Position numbers and translations under genes: made by a program. A stretch of 64,000 nucleotides of DNA, taken from the human T2T-CHM13v2.0 reference genome, Homo sapiens. The notes below the pieces were generated by a model. The model saw nothing but the letters and a program-made list of their open reading frames with translations, searched no databases and was not told where the DNA came from. Below, in pieces: positions 57,371-64,000 of the stretch (within the stretch, counting starts at the first letter, position 1; each line of letters starts with the position of its first letter). The stretch lies in the NCBI RefSeq assembly GCF_009914755.1, contig NC_060926.1; one strand, 5' to 3'.

Positions 57371-57689
57371 ACAGAGAAAATGATTCCTTTAAAACGGGTA
57401 CCTTCAATGGCTTTGTCCTCTTTGCCCACTGTCAAAAGATGATGGTTAAAGAGGGAAATAAAATGTGGATTGCTTGATGAATTATTTAATCTATAAGAAT
57501 ACATCTTCCTATGGCAAAATTAACATTTTATGTAACTCTGAGTGGCTCTGGTACATTTTTGGTGGTTAAAAGCATGAGAGTTATACCTGCTTCTGCTTTG
57601 GAACACTCTTCTGTCCCCTTCCTTGGGGAAGCTTCTCCACTACTGCATGCTGCCTTGTTGAATGAGGCTGTCAGTCACAGTTCCTTGCC

Positions 57690-58134
57690 CCCGACACTGA
57701 ATAATGTCATTGCCCCCTTTACACAAAGAATATGCAACATGACACAGGCTGACCATCTGAGTGTCTCATGTCCCTGCCCAAAAGCATTGGTTCAGAGGAA
57801 ACTCAAGACTGGCTGAACAGAATGTCCTGGAGATGGGCATGCAGGGTTGTGGACTGGGGTGATGTGAGCCCAGAGCTGCTGCTGGCCTCCTTCCCAATCG
57901 AAGTCAGCCTGAGAGTGAGACCACACTGAGACAAGGAAAGACAGAGATAGACAGAGAAATTTCCTGAGAAATGGAAAGACAGCCTTCGCATCATTGAACT
58001 CCTGGATCCAGCTGTGTCTAACTCAGATCCATCCAGGGACCCACCTAGAATATGAACCAGTGGACTCAATTTTATGTTTAAACAAGCTTGAATTGGGTGT
58101 CTGATCCTTGCAACTAAGAGAATCTTGCAATACA
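57690..58134 (+). mobile_element. Old MLT1 (K/L type) LTR
   Basis: cctggatccagctgtgtctaa...gtttaaacaagcttgaattgggtgtctg...cttgcaactaagagaatc. Confidence 0.7.
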
Positions 58135-60283
58135 AATATATGGTAATGAAAAATCGCCTGTGAAAATAAAAAGAAGCCATTAACAAAAATTTTACAAAGA
58201 CGTCATCAATTTTAAAACTGCAGAAATGCATGGTAACGTTATCTCTTTTTTAAAAAAGTGAATCTTGTACTTATTTGAATAGACTAAACCTTAATGATAA
58301 AGTACCAATAATCTGAAGTAGGTATTACGGTCCCCAGGTTATCCATATCTAAGACAAAGCCCTCCGAGGTACTGCCAAATGAAATGAATTCCACCTCTCA
58401 AGAAACAGCCAAACAGTGTACCTGCAGTGGCATCCCACTTAGGTGGCACATGCTCTTACTGGATAACAGAGTCCTATATGCCATACCCAGTTCTGTGGCC
58501 TTGTACTTCCTGGTCCTGTTTTCTCATCTGTCAACTTTAAAATGTTATATTAGCCATGTCAAAAACAGTATCAGTTGTACTTTGCATGCACAGGCAAGTG
58601 CAACACAGACAATGCACCTTAAAATAGCAAAAAGAAATAGCATTATAAAAAGGCAACAAAAGAAGAATCTAATAGAGGAGCTTGGAAAAGCTACTGCTCG
58701 CAAACCAAAGGTGCACAGAGATGCATAAAGAAAATGTGTTATTCATTTTTAAAGAAGTGAATAGTGTTGTAGAAAACTAGGGCACTGCCCTGGACAAATT
58801 AAACAAAGGTTGGCTTTCTGCATTGGGTGTTTTATGTGTGATCCCAAAATAGAGCCTCTAAATCAAGCCCCATTATGCAGACGGGGTAATCGCCATGCCC
58901 TGTATAATTTTACAGTTGGCGCTGCTTCCTACCCCTATTCAGACATTAATCTCTGACAGTTTAGCAAGTGGCAATTTACATATTTTACCAATTCAAATTG
59001 GTTGTATCTCACCTTTGTATTGATTTTGTATCCAAAATATAAAACATCTTTGGAAGGCAAAGCCTGCTTAATGTTTTTATAAGATAACTGGAACACTACC
59101 CATATTTAGAGGGAAGGCATTAAGATTTTAATCTTCGGTTGATCCTTGCATGTTGAAGACATACTATAATGGTCAGTTTTAACTTGCAAATTACTGACTT
59201 AGTAATGCCCTAATCGAGCTTCAAAAATATGGCAAATGTTCATCTTAAGAGAACCACAAGGAACAATTGGGTGAATCAGATTAATGGAAAACTTCAGTCC
59301 AAATAAATGTTAATTTGTACAAGTGCACAGAAAACACTAGGGCTTTGACATTCTATTTATAATCATGCTTCATTTTATTACTTTGGGGATTCGAAAGGAT
59401 TAATGGAACTCACTTGTGGTTTTCTCACATTCTATACCACTTATTGTAAATAAGGTATATTCAGGCTCCAACTATGAGAAAAGAAACCATAGTGACACTT
59501 TTTTGTGACGTTTAATAAGATATCTTGTTTATTCTTTTTAATGAAAATTCTTAGATTTCTGCTTTTAAGCATTTATTCTAACATTTTTCACAGAAATAAA
59601 TGACATAAAATCAAAATAAAATTCTGTTAAACAATTTGTATATTTAACAACTAATTTGTATATAATTAAAAGTAATGATATGAAAGAAGAAAACTTTTAC
59701 TTAAAATGACCTTTTATTTAAACTTTTTTAAACTATTTTTCTCTTACATATTAGTTCAACTTATAACCTATAAACATTTTTCATGCTAAGAGTTTGTCTA
59801 TTTTTTCCTTTGACCCTTTTTTAATGCAAAATAGGTCAAATAATCTCCAAAATCTAGCAGGCATATACAAAATTAAACCTTCTTCTTCAAGAATTAACCT
59901 TCTTATGAAGTTTATGTCAATCTGGCATTTCAAGAAAAGAAAAACCTACACCAATTTGGCATTTATCTTCTTGTTACAATTCATCCTAGTCACTGTCTTA
60001 TTCAAAATAGTTTCAGTTTAATTTTAAAGGCCTACATCCAAATCCTTATAAATTTAAAAGGCGCTCTATATCTATTAAAGAAATGGCTATTATTAAGCTA
60101 ACTGAAAATACTCATGTTCACACAGCCATATTTATTCATGCAGCTTTGATCATGGAAGCATTTTTTTTTTTTACCATCCCAGAGTCTCTCAAGTGATTAT
60201 GTGGGAGAGGAACCAAAATAACTCCGTGCCCAAGGAGTATGCAAAAGCCCCCAAGGCTTGTGAAGGGCTCACTTACTCAGTGG

Positions 60284-60303
60284 GGAGAGAGACAGAGGGA
60301 GAG

Positions 60304-60347
<44 letters not shown>

Positions 60348-60420
60348 CGTGTGTGTGTATACTCACTAATTCATTGATTTTGTCACTGACTTGAAATACA
60401 CACACACACGCACACACACA
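60284..60420. repeat. (GA)n(GT)n and (CA)n microsatellites
   Basis: Directly visible. Confidence 0.93.
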
Positions 60421-60599
60421 AATGTGTTATGTTCCTAGTTAAGTAGTTTCTGTCATCTTCTAAACCATTTTGCTATATGTAAACAGTTATTTTTCCATTT
60501 TTCTAACTGTGAACAGTTAAACAATTCATTGTTAAACATGGGTTACAAGCTGCCTCTAGGTAAGTTTTATTTAATTCACAGACTGCTTTGTTGTTAAAA

Positions 60600-60914
60600 T
60601 TTGAAGTGGTTTTCAAAAATTGAGATACATACATAGCTGAAATCTATATTTCCATGTCTTTTGAAAAATCAGAAGTTCTGCAAAAGGAACATTCCCTCAT
60701 GGTTAACAATTAGCTCCAGCTGACTGTTGCAACTGCCTTATTGACCTAGGGGCTTTCCTCTGCAATTGGCCATGGTCTCTGCCTGCCCTCCTGCCAACTT
60801 TCTCGTTTATACTAAACACCATTTGCTATTTTTATAGTCATTGTATGCCTTACCAAATTCACTCCCATACATTACTTGCTTGTCCCTTTTAGGCATTTGA
60901 ATTTGCAACCCCTG
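60600..60914 (-). mobile_element. MER102-type hAT-Charlie relic
   Basis: ttgaaaaatcagaag and terminus taggcatttgaatttgcaacccctg. Confidence 0.65.
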
Positions 60915-61249
60915 ATGTAAAACGCCAAATGCTAGGAGCACAGAACAAAAATTTCACCTACTCATGAAAAAAAAAAAATTCAAGTATAGCTGAATTGACT
61001 CCTACCTGTATTTAAATTATGAAAATTGAACTAAGAGGGTGTGAGTCAGTGAATGATAGAATAATAATATAACACAATATAAACAGGTCAACATGTCTGT
61101 CTGTCATTGCACTCAATGAGGATGGGACATGAACAAGTACTTAGAAATCTGCTCTTCTCTGAGTTATTCCCACATGCCCCTTGTGGTGTGAGTATCTTGT
61201 TGCACTGAATACAATTAAAATGCTAACAATCAATATTGTTTACTTCCAC

Positions 61250-63115
61250 TTTTAATCAGGATGAATTAACATGAACAGGGATGACCCTCCTACTTAAAAC
61301 AACCAGAAGTTAAGAAACAACAGTTTGTGACCCTGGGTATGAAGCAATGAAGGACAGTGGCCCCTGAGAGATGTGAAACAAATGAGGTAAGATGTACACC
61401 TGCCCAGCTTCCTGCCTTGAAACAGTTTGCAGGCTGCAGAGCAGGGAGGAGAAACACAAGCAGGGTGCAGCGGAATCCCTGAGCTAAGGAGACAGAGATG
61501 AAAGCCTGGGGGGACAAACAAGAGAAGAGAACTTCACAGAGAGAGAATTCTGTAAATTTTCAGAGGGTCTCCTTAAATATTCAGCTGACTACTGATCAGC
61601 ATATGCATAAAAGGAAACTCAAGGCTGGACAACATCCACTGGAAAGAATAAGAGGTTAGAGTGCTGGTGCTCACACAGGGCCAGTTACATTGCCTGCTCG
61701 CATCAGCCAGACTGAAAAAACTCATGAGTCACAGAGCAATGAGTAGAGAAATAAAGAAGTTCTAGTGCCACTAGTGGGGAAATTAGCACTAGACTACATG
61801 TTGCTCTGGTCTCACCTACAAATCTTAAAAGGAAGATTCAAAGGATCAGATTGCTTCCAAGTAATTTAACAGAATCTAACAACAACAAAAAGTTGAAGAA
61901 TATAGGAATACAAAAATATCCAGTATCCAATAAGGTAAAATTTAAATGACCTAACATCCAATCAAAAATCACCAGACAAGGCCGGGCATGGTGGCTCATG
62001 CCTGTAAACCCAGCACTTTGGAAGGCTGAGACAGGCAGACCGCTTAAGCTCAGGAGTTCAAGACCAGCCTGGGCAAGATGGTGAAACCCCATCTTTACTA
62101 AAATTACAAAAAATTAGCCATAGTTCCAGCTACTTGGGAGGCTGAGGTGGCAGGATCACTAAGCCCAGGAGTTCCAGGCTGCAGTGAGCTATGATCAAGC
62201 CACTGCACTCCAGCCTGGGTGACAGAGCGAGACCCAGTCTCAAAAATAAAAAAAAAAAATTGTCAGACATGAGACATGCAAAAATGGAAGAAAATAAAAT
62301 CCATGAGGGTTAATAAACCAGTTAATGAAAGCCTACCCAGAACTGACAACAATGTTATAATAAACAGGCAATGACCTTAAAACTATATTCAATGTTACAC
62401 TGATGGTTTTAACCAGTGCAATAAGGCAATAAAAAGAAATAATAAGACTCCATATTGGAAAGGAAGAAGTAAAATTGTCTTTATTCATAGAAAATTTGAT
62501 TATCTTTGTAGACAATCCAACAATTCTTTTAGATAACCTAAAAAAAAGCAAACTACTAGAATGGATGAGTTTAGCAAAGTTGAAGGACACAAAATCAATA
62601 TACAAAATTCTATTGTTTTCTATTGTCTAGCAATGAAAAATTAGCAATGACAGCAGATGTCCTTATAAAAGACTTGTACACAAATGCTCACAGTAGCTAT
62701 ATTTTTAAGAGCAGAAAATTAGAAACAACCTAAATGTTTCTCATCAAGCGAATGGACAAACTGTGGTATATCCACACAATGGAATGCTCCTCAACAAAGT
62801 GAAAAGGAATAAACTACAGATGCACACTACAACATAAATTATAAAACAATTATCCTGAGAACACAAACAAAAAAAGAGAACATACTGTATGATTCCATTT
62901 ATATAGCATTGTAGGAAATAGATCAATGGATAGTGACTGAGAGGAGATCAGTTGTTGCCTGGGGATAGTGAGGAACGAAGAGAGGAGAGTGAGGTACATG
63001 AAGAAAGCTTTGTGGCGATGGTCTCATGCAGGTTTACAAATATCCAAACCTACCAACTTGTGCACTTTACATATGCATGGTTTATTATATGTCGAGTATA
63101 CCTCATTAAAATTAT
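61250..63115 (+). mobile_element. Mosaic of old L1M fragments (5'/ORF1-like, ORF2, 3' UTR) interrupted by an AluJb
   Basis: attggaaaggaagaagtaaaattgtctttattc (ORF2); agaaacaacctaaatgt and tactgtatgattccatttatat (3' UTR). Confidence 0.75.
61980..62254 (+). mobile_element. AluJb with an internal deletion of about 20 nt at the start of the right arm
   Basis: aagctcaggagttcaagaccagcctgggcaa and aggctgcagtgagctatgatc. TSD aaaaatcaccagaca / aaaaattgtcagaca. Confidence 0.93.
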
Positions 63116-63389
63116 TTTTCAGAGAAAAAATAGTTTCAAGTAATATGGCCCTTTAATTCATTCAAATGGCTTCATCTGATTGCTCAATGCTAGAGGGAAA
63201 ATTTGCTGAGTGGAACAGACTAAGAAATAAATTCTGACCTCTAACATGGTGCCTTCCTAAGAGATTCCCAAGTAAAATTTTGACTCTACATGATTTTAAT
63301 CTCCATGCTGACTTTGAAACTGAACTGTTGCATTGATATTACTCCCTATGAAATTAATAGTCAATGTCCTTCTCCTTGGATAAATGGCT

Positions 63390-64000
63390 AATTCTAGGAC
63401 TGGGGCAAGAAAAGCAAAAGATGATCCCAGGGCATCTTGTTGAGCTAGAAATGAAGATAGTGCTCATAAAATGATGAGGACTTGTCGGATGAACGCTGGG
63501 AATAACCTGAAATAGCTCTCAACTTGGCCAACATTAGACAATTTCAGTAACAATAAATAATGGTTGTAATGGATTATAACCCTAGACTAAAAAAAATATC
63601 AATGAACAGTACTGAAAAGAAAAGAAAGGAAGGGGAAGGGGAAGGGGAAGGGGAAGTGGAAGGGGAAGGAAAGGAAAGGAAAGGAAGGGAGAGAAAAGGA
63701 AGGAAGGAAAGAAAGGGAAAGAAGAAAAGAAGAAACGAAAGAAGGGAGGAAAGAAGAAACTCATCCTTACAGTAAAGTTATACTTTTATAAATATAGAAG
63801 AAATTATCAAAATCTAAAGTTACCATATTGCAAACACTATAGCAATGTTTCAGGCATGAATCATTGTTTAAGGCTAAAATTAGTGGGCTAAATATGATGA
63901 GAATGAAGATATTTATATTGTCTCAAAGAATCTTTCCAGAAGATAATTATTTTACAAAGAGAACTTTACTTTGGCAAAACCTGGCAGACATTACCTTGAC
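63390..64000 (+). mobile_element. L1MC4/5-type 3' region containing a purine repeat
   Basis: aattctaggactggggcaag...aatggattataaccc...ctttggcaaaacctggcagaca. Confidence 0.7.
63614..63758 (+). repeat. (GGGGAA)n/(GGAAA)n homopurine tract
   Basis: Directly visible. Confidence 0.9.

Overview
Primate, most likely human, genomic DNA that is almost entirely intronic. The only supportable coding feature is a 147-nt minus-strand internal exon (52476-52622) encoding HFQTMLKSKLNVLTLKKEPLPAVIFHEPEAIELCTTTPLMKTRTHSGCK, which I recognise as PID1 (NYGGF4). About 52.5 kb of the downstream intron lies to its left and about 11.4 kb of the upstream intron to its right. The rest is a mosaic of Alu, L1, HAL1, L2, MIR, MaLR/ERVL LTRs, DNA-transposon relics and microsatellites, and the other listed ORFs appear repeat-derived or random. 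I see no new gene system. The most unusual items are: a short telomeric-repeat insertion between two 17-bp direct repeats (11802-11859); a tailless 28S rRNA fragment (47686-47765); a chimeric AluY/AluJ element; a twin-primed L1; a tandem in-frame splice acceptor on the PID1 exon; and a strong RFX X-box. Repeat subfamilies were assigned by eye, and boundaries of old repeats are approximate.
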